From NCBI GenBank assembly GCA_963703955.1, contig CAVPGK010000017.1:32001-96000 (forward strand): a DNA stretch of 64,000 nucleotides. Reading direction: 5' to 3'. Source of the stretch: Nitrospirota bacterium. Its GTDB lineage: Bacteria; Nitrospirota; Nitrospiria; Nitrospirales; Nitrospiraceae. The translations under genes were made by a program, and so were the position numbers. Under the pieces are notes generated by a model. That model was not told the DNA's origin. It ran no database searches and saw nothing but the letters and a program-made list of their open reading frames with translations. Shown piece after piece: positions 44,328-54,196 of the stretch (the stretch's first letter is position 1; each line of letters begins with the position of its first letter).

Positions 44328-44636
44328 ATGAACACGATTTCAACAGCCGTATCAGAGCAACGGCCGATTGCCGACCGGATTCTTGAAGAGGTCCGGCGCG
44401 CTCCTGATTGCGAACTCGATGCCTTGGTGCTGAGTCTCCCGGAAGTAGCCTGGCAAGATGTGTTACTCGAAGTGCATCGGTTGAGCACCACGGGGCAAGT
44501 GCAGGTGAGCCCGTGGGGCGCGGGCATCTACACCGTCAGAGTGACAACTGAACTCGGCACGAGCAACGGTCTTATGCCCACGCAGGGTGGCGTGACCATT
44601 CGTCAGGTGGCAACACCCTGGCATCCTGCAAACTGA
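44328..44636 (+). CDS. Small putative winged-helix protein
   Basis: Paralog of 21275-21496. Confidence 0.65.
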   Translation: MNTISTAVSEQRPIADRILEEVRRAPDCELDALVLSLPEVAWQDVLLEVHRLSTTGQVQVSPWGAGIYTVRVTTELGTSNGLMPTQGGVTIRQVATPWHPAN

Positions 44637-44681
44637 CAATTCATTAGCAAACGTTCGTCCAGAGAGAGGGAGGGTTAGTAG

Positions 44682-45572
44682 ATGAGTCTGAACTATGTGA
44701 AATTTACCCCGGGCTTTGAACCGTTTATGCCGAAGGAATACCGGGATATGGTTGAGCATGGCCCCTTCGGGAAAAAGGTCACAGTGTCGCAGATGGGCAG
44801 CTTCAAGGAGATCCTTGAGGAGCATCCTATGTGCGCGGGCTGTGCCATGACGCTCTTTATCCGTCTGGCTATTATTTCATTCCCCAATCCGGAAGATACG
44901 ATTACGGTGGGGACGGCGGGCTGCGGACGCTTGGCAATATCTCAAGCCGCCATCCCGTTTGTGTACGGGAATTATGGGGATCAGAACGGAGTGGCGAGTG
45001 GACTCTCTCGGGGCCTGCGGCTTCGGTTTGGAGACAAGCCGAAGGATGTGGTCGTGATGGCCGGGGACGGCGGTATGGCGGATATCGGTTTCTCGGTCAC
45101 ACTTCACTCCTGGTTCCGCAAGGAGAAGTTCACCACGATCATGCTGGACAACGAGGTGTACGGGAACACCGGCGGGCAGGAGAGCGGGATGACCAATCGA
45201 GGCGCGGTGCTCAAGATGGCTCCCCTCGGAAAGAAATTCGAAAAGATGGACATGGTAACGATGGCGAAGGTCGCCGGTTGTGCGTACGTGGCGACCGTAG
45301 TCCCCAACAATCCGCGGCGCGTGGAAAGCGTCATCAAGAAGGCGGTGCTGATCGCCCGAGAGGTCGGGCCGACCTACATTCAGGCGTACACCTCGTGCAA
45401 TATCGAATACGCGATTCCGACGGATAAGGTCATGGAAGACGCCAAGAACGTCGAGGACGACCGGTATAAGTTCACCGAGTATGTCAGCGACGAGGCGAAG
45501 GCGTATCTCACGGACCGGTACGGGTACAAGGAGTTCCAACCAAAGCCGGCCGCGTCGATCGCGAAGGCATGA
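44682..45572 (+). CDS. Second 2-oxoacid:ferredoxin oxidoreductase beta subunit (possibly the 2-oxoglutarate enzyme type)
   Basis: MCAGC, TAGC, GDGG..DIG, DNEVYGNTGGQ, YTSC. Confidence 0.85.
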   Translation: MSLNYVKFTPGFEPFMPKEYRDMVEHGPFGKKVTVSQMGSFKEILEEHPMCAGCAMTLFIRLAIISFPNPEDTITVGTAGCGRLAISQAAIPFVYGNYGDQNGVASGLSRGLRLRFGDKPKDVVVMAGDGGMADIGFSVTLHSWFRKEKFTTIMLDNEVYGNTGGQESGMTNRGAVLKMAPLGKKFEKMDMVTMAKVAGCAYVATVVPNNPRRVESVIKKAVLIAREVGPTYIQAYTSCNIEYAIPTDKVMEDAKNVEDDRYKFTEYVSDEAKAYLTDRYGYKEFQPKPAASIAKA

Positions 45573-45593
45573 GGGTGGAAGGAGGGTGAGGAT

Positions 45594-45980
45594 ATGGCAT
45601 ACAGCGAAAAAGTGGTGGACCATTTCAGCAACCCACGCAACGTGGGCAGTTTCAAGAAGGATGAGCTGGGCGTGGGGACCGGGATTGTCGGGGCGCCTGA
45701 GTGCGGCGACGTCATGAAGCTGCAAATCAAGGTGCGGGACGAAAAGATCGTGGATGCGAAATTCAAAACCTTCGGCTGCGGATCGGCTATCGCCAGCTCC
45801 AGTCTTTCCACAGAATGGCTGAAGGGGAAGACGATCGAGGAAGCGGGCATGATCAAGAATACGGACATCGTGCAGGAACTGAATCTGCCGCCCGTCAAGA
45901 TCCACTGCTCGGTCCTGGCCGAGGATGCCATCAAAGCGGCCGTGGCCGACTACAAACAGAAATCTGTTGTGACTGTCTAA
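45594..45980 (+). CDS. iscU: Fe-S scaffold protein IscU
   Basis: NPRNVG, GAPECGDVM, FKTFGCGSA, LPPVKIHCS. Confidence 0.97.
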   Translation: MAYSEKVVDHFSNPRNVGSFKKDELGVGTGIVGAPECGDVMKLQIKVRDEKIVDAKFKTFGCGSAIASSSLSTEWLKGKTIEEAGMIKNTDIVQELNLPPVKIHCSVLAEDAIKAAVADYKQKSVVTV

Positions 45981-46008
45981 GAAGAATCACAATGGTAGGA
46001 GGAGGATC

Positions 46009-46419
46009 ATGGCGGACTTAAAAGAAAGCCTCACACTCGCTATGGAACCGAGAGTCCTGACATCCGATCAGAAGAAAGCGGCGGAGGCGGCATTTGGCGG
46101 TCTGCCCTGCGATCCGAAGTGGTCGGTCACGGCTCGCGCTGTCTATGATGGGCTGGTGACCGCGCTCCAGGGCAAGACCGTTCAAGACCCGACTCATGAG
46201 TCCGTCCCATCGGGCCCCCAATATACGCTGGGGTATGGCATGCGGCTGGATAAGGGCACGGCTCCCGAACTGGCGCACCCCCAGGTGTCCGTCACGCTGC
46301 CGGATGGATCGGAAGGACGCATGACGTTGCACGTCATGAACGGCACGCCGGATGAAATCAAGGCCCGGTTACTTGACAGCGTGGATGCCTTTTTTGACAT
46401 TTATGCCGAAGGCCCCTGA
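46009..46419 (+). CDS. Hypothetical protein
   Basis: AGGAGG SD; operonic with iscU. Confidence 0.7.
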   Translation: MADLKESLTLAMEPRVLTSDQKKAAEAAFGGLPCDPKWSVTARAVYDGLVTALQGKTVQDPTHESVPSGPQYTLGYGMRLDKGTAPELAHPQVSVTLPDGSEGRMTLHVMNGTPDEIKARLLDSVDAFFDIYAEGP

Positions 46420-46491
46420 GCCATACAATCCTTGACCGAGGCCAAAGAGCCGCTGGACGGTTTTCGGAAGCCTTGTGAGATACGACGGACC

Positions 46492-46877
46492 ATGCAGACG
46501 CTCGATATTGATCGTCCCGACATGCCCGATCTTCAGTTCGTCCTGTTGGTGACGGCGCTCTGCACCTCACGGCTTTCGCAGTTCAACGTGCCGGAGGCGT
46601 TGCGCGCCACGATTTTCGACCGGTGCTGGACGCTCATTGATGATGGTCCTCCGCCCACCATGCTGGAGGAGCGGGTCCTGGACCTGCGACCCTGGACCGA
46701 GGTGACGCTCGAGGCGATGGCAGAGACCATCCGCAGGGTGCTCGACGGAGGCGGGCATCCGAACGTTGACCTGGGATCATCCGCCCAGCGAGCCGACACG
46801 GTCCAGCACGCTTCGAAGCCCAACCCCTGATCGAACGCCTCGGGCAACTCTATCCTCAGCCCCCTGGGGGCTACTAA
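46492..46877 (+). CDS. Hypothetical protein (apparent frameshifts ~46750-46815)
   Basis: DMPDLQFVL.V.ALCT...; continuation in other frames. Confidence 0.55.
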
Positions 46878-46937
46878 CAGCGGCCGCTTCTTCACGAACA
46901 GCAATGAGTAGGCTGCGCCCAACAAGGGAGAATTCGA

Positions 46938-47204
46938 ATGGACACCGAAGACAATAATGTCAGGCAGATAGTCGATCAGATTGCCACGTTGATGACAGCG
47001 TTCTCAGCGGCACTGGAAGGTCGCGCAGTGGAAATCCGGGCGAGTGGAAAAGATGTCGAGTTGGGCGACAAGCTCGTCAAGGGCGCCGATGTCATGCGAG
47101 ATAGTAGAGACATCTATTTGTCGTGGGCGCGCCATTATGTCGCGCTATCTGAAGGCAAACCCGAAGCCGCTGAAGATGAGGATGAGGTCGAGTTCGGCGT
47201 GTGA
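46938..47204 (+). CDS. Hypothetical protein with acidic tail
   Basis: GGGAG SD; 3' part duplicated at 60024-60215. Confidence 0.65.
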   Translation: MDTEDNNVRQIVDQIATLMTAFSAALEGRAVEIRASGKDVELGDKLVKGADVMRDSRDIYLSWARHYVALSEGKPEAAEDEDEVEFGV

Positions 47205-47443
47205 ATGTTCCTGTCGTCGCGAATGCGGGGCCCCGGCAGATCGGCATGAGTGGAGGTCTCTTCGTCAATGCCGGCTCAGAGAGAGGGATCGTCGTCTCAC
47301 GCCGGAAGAAGTCGCTCGTCTTCAACGGACTCATGCTGACGCCTACAAACGCCAGGTCAAACAAGTCCGTCCGCTGCCTGGCGCGCGAGAGCTCTGACCC
47401 ATTTGTCATGAGCGAAGGTGCCCTATGCGGTGGTTCTTGAAAC

Positions 47444-47487
47444 CTGAGCAATCTTGACCAGACTGCATTGGCTCAGAGGTATACCCT
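47444..47487 (+). promoter_or_regulatory. Crp-type box F + -10 (TACCCT)
   Basis: CTGAGCAATCTTGACCAG, 20 nt, TACCCT. Confidence 0.75.
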
Positions 47488-47542
47488 CTAGCTAGATCGC
47501 CACGAGATCGTGAATCACATTTGCGGAAAAGGAGAATCACGA

Positions 47543-47821
47543 ATGCTGCCTGAACGCGTTCGGTGGTTTCGGAGATGGTATGGCCGTCAAGGGACTGAGA
47601 ACATGCCCCCCGGAAGTCCGGATGAGGTGAAACTGGATACTATCGGCCCAGCCTTTGACCGGGCTGTGGCTCGTAAGAAGGCCCGAGAGGATCTCCAGGC
47701 CACCAGGAAGTACCAAGGGACTCGCGACGACTTGTCGCTCTTCCTGCCACCGCCGCTCGATAATGGGCCATTGGCCTGGACAACGAGACGAGGAGCTGCG
47801 GCAAGGAGGATCGACCCCTAA
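47543..47821 (+). CDS. Hypothetical protein downstream of box F
   Basis: AAGGAG SD. Confidence 0.5.
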   Translation: MLPERVRWFRRWYGRQGTENMPPGSPDEVKLDTIGPAFDRAVARKKAREDLQATRKYQGTRDDLSLFLPPPLDNGPLAWTTRRGAAARRIDP

Positions 47822-47917
47822 AAATGTTAACGGAACTGAGACGGGGGCGGTTGAGGCCGCTTTGATTGCATCTCGGGCAGCTCTTTCGCACCATCATTAA
47901 TTTTTCAAGACCAGGGA

Positions 47918-48737
47918 TTACAAGGCATCCTGCGCACACCGGATGCCCACAAATGGGGCTTTGTTCGCAGGAAAGTAACTGTCCCGGAAAGTGGATTTCA
48001 CCATTTCCTTGGAGTCAGCGAACGACCCACCTCGGATCGCCTTTTGTGTGCCGTGAGAGGGGCCCTTCGGATTGCTGTCCGGGCTTGTTGCGTAATATTC
48101 TTCGTCGTACCAGTCCGCCACCCACTCCGCGGCGTTTCCCGCCATGCCGTAGATCCCATGGGGACTCTTGCCCCCCTCGTCGCTATCCACCGGCCTTAGA
48201 TTGTCATTATATCGGGTGCCTGAAAAGGGCTTATTGTAATTCGTCAGTTTAGAAGAAGGGGCTGCGTTTCCCCAGGGGTAACTGCGGCCGTCCATCCCTC
48301 GTGCTGCTTTCTCCCACTCAGCCTCAGTAGGGAGACGCTTTCCGGCCCAGCGACAGTAGGCTTCGGCTGCGTTCCAGCTGACACCGATCACCGGCCTATC
48401 CCCATCGTGGGACAGCTGGATGTCAGCCCAAGACATCGGCACAAATCCAGGTTCAGGCCGGTCCAGTGGCTGCTAAGAATGTCGCATAGCGCGCTGCTGT
48501 CACCTCATAGAGGTCCATATAGAACGCGTACAGGTACACTCCGTGGGCCGGCTTGCCCCTGTAGGATCGTTCTTGGCTCCCCATCATAAATCCCCCGTCT
48601 CGGATCCAAGCCATTGGGGCTCCATTCTTACGAGCCTCGGCCTCCAACGCTCGGCGAGTCTCGGCTACCGTGGGGATAGTCGGACTGAGAGCAGCAAGCC
48701 CGGCCAGAATCGTCATGGTAAGAGCGAAGCGTCGCAT
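47918..48737 (-). CDS. FGE-sulfatase (SUMF1) domain exported protein, frameshift near 48450
   Basis: [42 protein letters not shown]. Confidence 0.88.
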
Positions 48738-48895
48738 GGGAGACCTCCAATGTTCAATGCGGTTAAAAATGTTACATGCCGTAAAAATGTCGCATAATGT
48801 GGTTTTACCCCGGCCAGGCAGGCCCGCTCTACGAAGCCATGGGCTCAAAATTGGCGAGCGTTAGGAGATCGTCAATGGGCGAGCATGTTAGCAGC

Positions 48896-48939
48896 ATTAT
48901 GCCTATAGGACCGATCGCAGTCTGTTCAGTATTGCTCAA
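48896..48939 (-). promoter_or_regulatory. Crp-type box G + -10 (CATAAT)
   Basis: TTGAGCAATACTGAACAG, 20 nt, CATAAT. Confidence 0.65.
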
Positions 48940-48990
48940 TTTGAAGACGGATACGGTCACCTCTGGCCTCCGGTTTGAAATCTTCGAAAC

Positions 48991-49035
48991 AAGAGCAATT
49001 TTGACCAGACTCCTTTCCACCCAGAGGTATAGCAT
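48991..49035 (+). promoter_or_regulatory. Crp-type box H + -10 (TAGCAT)
   Basis: AAGAGCAATTTTGACCAG, 21 nt, TAGCAT. Confidence 0.7.
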
Positions 49036-49184
49036 TGAGGGAGGTATCGTTGCGTCACGGATGCGAAGGAGGAGTCCCTCGATGTACTACTGCTGTCGAT
49101 GTAGCAAAGACACAATGGAAGACAGCGCTTCAACATGGGGCACTGACATGTTCTCCCGTCCCCAATGAAGCGACGCATGACACC

Positions 49185-49266
49185 ATGACGTTCTAAGCCA
49201 CGCCGACTTTCCTATCGCTCGCGCGCATCTTTTCCTGCGCGTCTGATTCTCGAGTCTCCGCTGCTT
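49185..49266 (+). ncRNA. Structured 5'-leader motif copy 5 (ATG ACG TTC TAA)
   Basis: AAGC/GCTT, GACTT/GAGTC, CGCGCA/TGCGCG. Confidence 0.65.
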
Positions 49267-49394
49267 TCTACGCCACAGTCTCTTTGAAAGGGGGCGGCTT
49301 TCACTGCCTTTAAGTTCTTGTGCGCGTAGGGCTGCTGTATCTGCCCAGAGGATCTCTTGCTCGCCCACGTCTTCTGACAAGAGGAGGAACGGAG

Positions 49395-49616
49395 ATGCGC
49401 TGCGAACGCTGTGACGGTCTCATGGTGATGGACCACTATATCGATATGGTGGGCGGAGGACCATGGCTGAAGGCATGGCGGTGCATGTGCTGCGGAAATG
49501 TGGTCGATAACCAAATCAAGGCACATCACTTCGCTGCCGATCCACAGGTCCACAGGCGACGGAGCTTGCGTAAATTTCAAGAAGAAGGGAGACTTCAACC
49601 AGCGGTTTGGCTGTGA
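49395..49616 (+). CDS. Small zinc-ribbon protein, member 3
   Basis: MRCERCDGLMV...WRCMCCGNVVD; AGGAGG SD. Confidence 0.8.
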   Translation: MRCERCDGLMVMDHYIDMVGGGPWLKAWRCMCCGNVVDNQIKAHHFAADPQVHRRRSLRKFQEEGRLQPAVWL

Positions 49617-49669
49617 TCGCCGTTACGTCCGCCATTCGTTTGCAAGACGAGATCATAGAGGCCTGCGGG

Positions 49670-49780
49670 CAAGAACGAGAATACCAACATCGTGCAGGAG
49701 CTGAATCTTCTGCCTGTGAAGATCTACTGCTCGGTGCTGGCGGACGATGCGATTAAGGCAGCTTGGATGACTACAAGAAA
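49670..49780 (+). pseudogene. iscU 3' remnant
   Basis: NTNIVQELNLLPVKIYCSVLADDAIKAA. Confidence 0.75.
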
Positions 49781-50119
49781 TCCGTGGAACCCAAAGTCAC
49801 AAACAAACGACAAGCGGTGTCGAGCTGAAGACGCTTCCGGCGATTCGTTTGCGATTTCGCCAACTGAGAGTTCAACGCGGAAGGATGTAGAAATCAATAG
49901 CAAACGCAGCAGTGAAAGGGAAAGCGCCGTGATGACGAAGGTGCGACGGGTGGCGAGGCGCAAGAGCGCACGGGCCGCAGGGAGGGCGAAATCTTTAGGA
50001 TCAATGCCAATCCCTTAATCCGTCTCGCGTGCGTCCTTCTGGATGGGGGATAATCGGCGGCGGCTGGCTGAAAGTGGTCAATTCATGGCCGGTAGGAGCG
50101 AGTTGCCTGAGGAGGAAAG

Positions 50120-50416
50120 ATGATAGGTACATTGAATCAAGTGGACTGGGCAGAGCAGATCAAGGCACGAGTGAGTGTGGAGTTTGATCGCGTTGCGAAA
50201 GCGCTGGCCTCGGCAGTCAGTAAACAGGCCGAGCGACATCGACTGGAGACTCAGGCCCTGATCTCAATCCTCGAAGATAAGCGCGCCCAAGTGATGGCGA
50301 ATGAACAGGCCGGCTATTTCATCTGTGAGTGGCAGGAGTTGAGCGATCAGGTCCGACAGATGATCATTCAAGATCCTCGGTACCAAGCGATCAAGGCTAG
50401 GAGAAAGACGGTATGA
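50120..50416 (+). CDS. Hypothetical protein
   Basis: GAGGAGG SD; GT..QV.WAEQIK motif. Confidence 0.65.
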   Translation: MIGTLNQVDWAEQIKARVSVEFDRVAKALASAVSKQAERHRLETQALISILEDKRAQVMANEQAGYFICEWQELSDQVRQMIIQDPRYQAIKARRKTV

Positions 50417-50577
50417 CTTGCGCTCAGTTGGGGCAGTCCGCGTACCAGCCTTGGCTTGAGGATCGAAAGCCTCGGCCCCTCACTACGAATACATAACAAT
50501 ACAAAATGAATTGTACGGGAGGCCACCTCTCGAACCGTGATAGGAGCATCACATGAATCTGAAGTGAGAGAGGTAGA

Positions 50578-50621
50578 CTGAGCAATTTTGATCAGACTTC
50601 CATTCCTCCACGGCATAGCAT
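50578..50621 (+). promoter_or_regulatory. Crp-type box I + -10 (TAGCAT)
   Basis: CTGAGCAATTTTGATCAG, 20 nt, TAGCAT. Confidence 0.8.
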
Positions 50622-50705
50622 GTTGCTCAATGGTATTGCGCATAACCTCCTCTCTTGGAGCTTCTTGAAATAGTCCTGCAGAGCGGCGGGAACCGCAGAA
50701 AGGAA

Positions 50706-50981
50706 ATGGTGACCACCCTGAATACGAATTCGACACTGTCCGATCTGGACAAGGCCAAAAAGCAGTTGAGCGAGATGGTCACGTCTATGAATCCCCAGCT
50801 CATGTGTAAGATTTCGCAAGAGACGGCAAATGGGATCTTTCAAATCGCCATTTCGAACAAAACAAGAACGCTGAGCTTATCACTTTCCGAGGATGATCTG
50901 TACGATTTCATAGAAGATCCAAGCTCAATGAAACAGATCCGCGGACAGATGGAGCAACTTATTCGTGATCTAAGGTGTTAA
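50706..50981 (+). CDS. Hypothetical protein (duplicate of 8078-8353)
   Basis: Identical protein. Confidence 0.65.
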   Translation: MVTTLNTNSTLSDLDKAKKQLSEMVTSMNPQLMCKISQETANGIFQIAISNKTRTLSLSLSEDDLYDFIEDPSSMKQIRGQMEQLIRDLRC

Positions 50982-50986
50982 GCACC

Positions 50987-51169
50987 ATGAAGCCATATAC
51001 AATGACCGTCGCAAAACAAGCTCACGAGCGTGATCGACGAGCCAAACAGCGAGAGAAAGAGTCGCGTCGGGTCCAGCGAAAAGACGAGAAGGCGGCACAC
51101 GTTCGACCAGACACCGGGGCGGATCCAGACCTTGCCGGTATGAAACCGGGACCGCAAGCGCCCCTCTAG
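50987..51169 (+). CDS. Small basic protein (duplicate of 7890-8072)
   Basis: Identical protein. Confidence 0.6.
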   Translation: MKPYTMTVAKQAHERDRRAKQREKESRRVQRKDEKAAHVRPDTGADPDLAGMKPGPQAPL

Positions 51170-51251
51170 AGATAAACGGCTTTGTCTAGGTCAGATGATG
51201 CACCAGTCTGAGTCACTCGACCGCATCCGAGCCTTTTCCTAACATCACATG

Positions 51252-51368
51252 CGGACGGATCGAATCGGTGATTCCGTTGAGGGAGTCCCCCGCCAAACCG
51301 TAGATTCTTTTCACTCCAGCTGCCACCAGAGTATCGACAAGTACATCTGCCACCTCTTTCTTAGCCAT
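51252..51368 (-). pseudogene. poxB: 5' remnant of pyruvate oxidase/dehydrogenase (PoxB-like)
   Basis: VAD.LVDTL.AAGVKRIYG..GDSLNGITDSIR; AGGAGG SD; truncated at duplication edge. Confidence 0.8.
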
Positions 51369-51936
51369 GCCGCACCTCCTCCTGATGGGCGAACCGTTCT
51401 CGACGCTCGAGGTGCTGACCACGGAGAGTCTGCGCGGGAAGGGAAAAATGGGATGGGCTACTTTTCGTATGCTCTACCGGTTGCATGGAGCGTCCTCGCG
51501 TCATGAAAACATAGTCGGTCCCCAAGCCTTTCATCCACAGATTCATGGCACTCATGATCGTGCGGCACGGATGCTCTCTCCTTGTTCCTGTTCACTACCT
51601 GATTGCCGCTTGGCTTACTTAGCCCCGACCTCCAGCATCGCCCGCACGGGCGCGGATACTAACTCACGTCCTCCCAGACATCTACAAGCCGGCTATATTT
51701 CCAGTGCCCAGAGATCGTCAGGACGGGCCCGGCGGCTGCCACCATGGCCAGCAGAGCGGCACACACTTTATGACAGCAGACAAGGGATCTCTTTAATCAC
51801 CCATCGCGTTGCAGTACGGTATCGCTCTGTATAGACTGGTCTTGTACGCGTAGACGAAGTGGACATCCGTCATTGACCTTGCCTTTCCCTTTTGTGAACC
51901 ATCAATCCAACGCGACGATTAAATTCCTCAGTTGGC

Positions 51937-53817
51937 ATGCTGAACCGGTTAGTGGACAGCCGTAAGGTATCAGCTGTGACGCTGGCCGCGCTCGGCATCG
52001 TCTACGGCGACATCGGCACCAGCCCCTTGTATGCCCTACGAGAATGCTTCAGTGACTCTCATGGAGTGCCGCTGAGTGCAGACAACATCCTTGGGGTCAT
52101 ATCCCTCATTATTTGGTCGCTGATCCTGGTCGTGACGGTCAAATATATCGTCTTTGTGATGCGGGCAGACCATGAGGGCGAAGGCGGAATTCTGGCCTTA
52201 ATGACCTTGAGCGGACGCCAGGAGCAGCGTGGACCACGAAAAGGGTTGGGCGTCGTGGTGATCTTAGGGCTCATTGGAGCGGCCTTCCTTTACGGCGATG
52301 GCACTATTACACCAGCTATCTCCGTCTTGAGCGCGGTGGAAGGTCTGGAGATCGCGACGCCTCTGTTCAAACCCTATGTCACCCCCACGACCGTGGCCAT
52401 CTTATCGATCTTGTTTCTCTTTCAAAGTCGAGGCACTGGACGACTGGGCAGTATCTTTGGTCCGGTCATGCTCCTTTGGTTTGGGACGCTTGCGATTCTG
52501 GGTCTCGGAAATCTTCTTCAGACACCGTCCGTTCTGTTGGCTGTCGATCCGATCCACGGCCTCCGCCTCCTGACCGAACACCAGGTGACGGCCTTTCCGG
52601 TGTTAGGCGGTGTCTTCCTTGTTTTGACCGGTGCCGAAGCCCTCTATGCCGATATGGGACATTTTGGGAAACGACCAATACAGCTTGGCTGGTTTACGAT
52701 CGTGCTGCCCGCGTTATTGTTGCAGTACCTCGGACAGGGCGCCTTGCTCATTCGCGATCCCGCGGCGCTGGTCAATCCCTTTTATCATCTGGCCCCGACC
52801 TGGTTCCTTTACCCCCTTGTGCTTCTGTCGACGGTGGCGACCATCATCGCATCACAGGCCATGATCACCGGCGTATTCTCTTTAACCCATCAGGCGGTGC
52901 AACTTGGCTATCTGCCGTATCTCCGCATTCTGCACACCTCCGCGCAACACATCGGGGAGATTTTCGTTCCTTCATTGAATCACTTGTTGCTCGTGGGTAC
53001 CATTGGGCTCGTCCTGGCCTTTGGCTCGTCCAGCAACCTCGCGGCAGCCTACGGTATCGCCGTGTCTGCGACGATGCTCATCACCACGCTGTTGATGTAT
53101 CGGGTGCTCCGTTATGTCTGGCGCTGGAGTGTGGCGCTGACCGGCGTAGCGATGGCCGTGTTTCTCGGCGTGGATCTGGCATTTTTCAGTGCGAATGCCT
53201 TGAAGATTACGCATGGCGGGTGGCTCCCCTTGCTCCTCGGTGCGGCGATCGTGATCCTGATGACGACGTGGCACGGGGGGCGCGCGCTCGTAGCAGCCCA
53301 TCTTCAAGCCGCGGCGCCTCGTTTGGATGAGTTTATGAGTATTGTGCCCCCCACCACTGGACGGGTACCCGGCCATGCTGTATTTCTGACTCAAAACCCG
53401 GCGGCGACTCCGCTGGCCTTTGTACAAAACGTCAGACACAACAAGATCCTGCATGAACACATCGTGTTTCTGACCGTCTTGACAAAAACGGTTCCCCATG
53501 TGCCGCTTGATCAACGCGTGGTGATAAAGCCGATGGGGGACCGCTGCCAGCACGTCATCGTGCACTATGGCTTCATGGACCGGCCGGATGTGCCGAGAGT
53601 ATGCTTCGAGTCAGGCAAGAACGGACTGAACATCCCAATCGCAGACACCACGTTTTTTCTCAGTCGCCTGACGTTCCTTGCCACCCCGAAGCCGGGCATG
53701 GCGATCTGGCGTGAGGAAATATTCGTGTTTTTGAGTCGCAATTCGCAGCGCGCCAGTTCGTTCTTCCAGCTGCCTTCTGAGCAAGTAGTAGAAATTGGGC
53801 TGGTGTTAGAAATCTGA
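51937..53817 (+). CDS. kup: KUP/HAK potassium transporter
   Basis: YGDIGTSPLY, GEGG..AL, GDG.ITPAISVLSAVEG, GAEALYADMGHFG. Confidence 0.97.
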   Translation: MLNRLVDSRKVSAVTLAALGIVYGDIGTSPLYALRECFSDSHGVPLSADNILGVISLIIWSLILVVTVKYIVFVMRADHEGEGGILALMTLSGRQEQRGPRKGLGVVVILGLIGAAFLYGDGTITPAISVLSAVEGLEIATPLFKPYVTPTTVAILSILFLFQSRGTGRLGSIFGPVMLLWFGTLAILGLGNLLQTPSVLLAVDPIHGLRLLTEHQVTAFPVLGGVFLVLTGAEALYADMGHFGKRPIQLGWFTIVLPALLLQYLGQGALLIRDPAALVNPFYHLAPTWFLYPLVLLSTVATIIASQAMITGVFSLTHQAVQLGYLPYLRILHTSAQHIGEIFVPSLNHLLLVGTIGLVLAFGSSSNLAAAYGIAVSATMLITTLLMYRVLRYVWRWSVALTGVAMAVFLGVDLAFFSANALKITHGGWLPLLLGAAIVILMTTWHGGRALVAAHLQAAAPRLDEFMSIVPPTTGRVPGHAVFLTQNPAATPLAFVQNVRHNKILHEHIVFLTVLTKTVPHVPLDQRVVIKPMGDRCQHVIVHYGFMDRPDVPRVCFESGKNGLNIPIADTTFFLSRLTFLATPKPGMAIWREEIFVFLSRNSQRASSFFQLPSEQVVEIGLVLEI

Positions 53818-54196
53818 AACTGAGTAATTGGCAGGAGCACCTCGCTTAAACTCCTAATCCTAAATGCACTGATGCTTCCGCCGGCTGTAAGGTGGCGCGG
53901 CTTCCTCTCCACGTTGGGCCATAACCTAATGGTCGCAATTTTCTTTTACGTCAGCAAATCAAAGGTGCTGTTGCGATCGGGTTCTGCATGTAAAGGCCGG
54001 CCTGATTTTCATTCATCTCGTCTAATCGGTCGATCGCCTTGTGTGTTCCACCGCACGAGCAGGTATGGTGCTTTTTCCACCCGGCTATGAAAATTGTACT
54101 TTCGCTTATTTTTTTCGTTTTGCTGAGCTATGAACGTGTAGGAACTAGAGTCAGTCATGCTGGCGTGTTCTGTAACGCGAGGCAAGGGCTACACCC

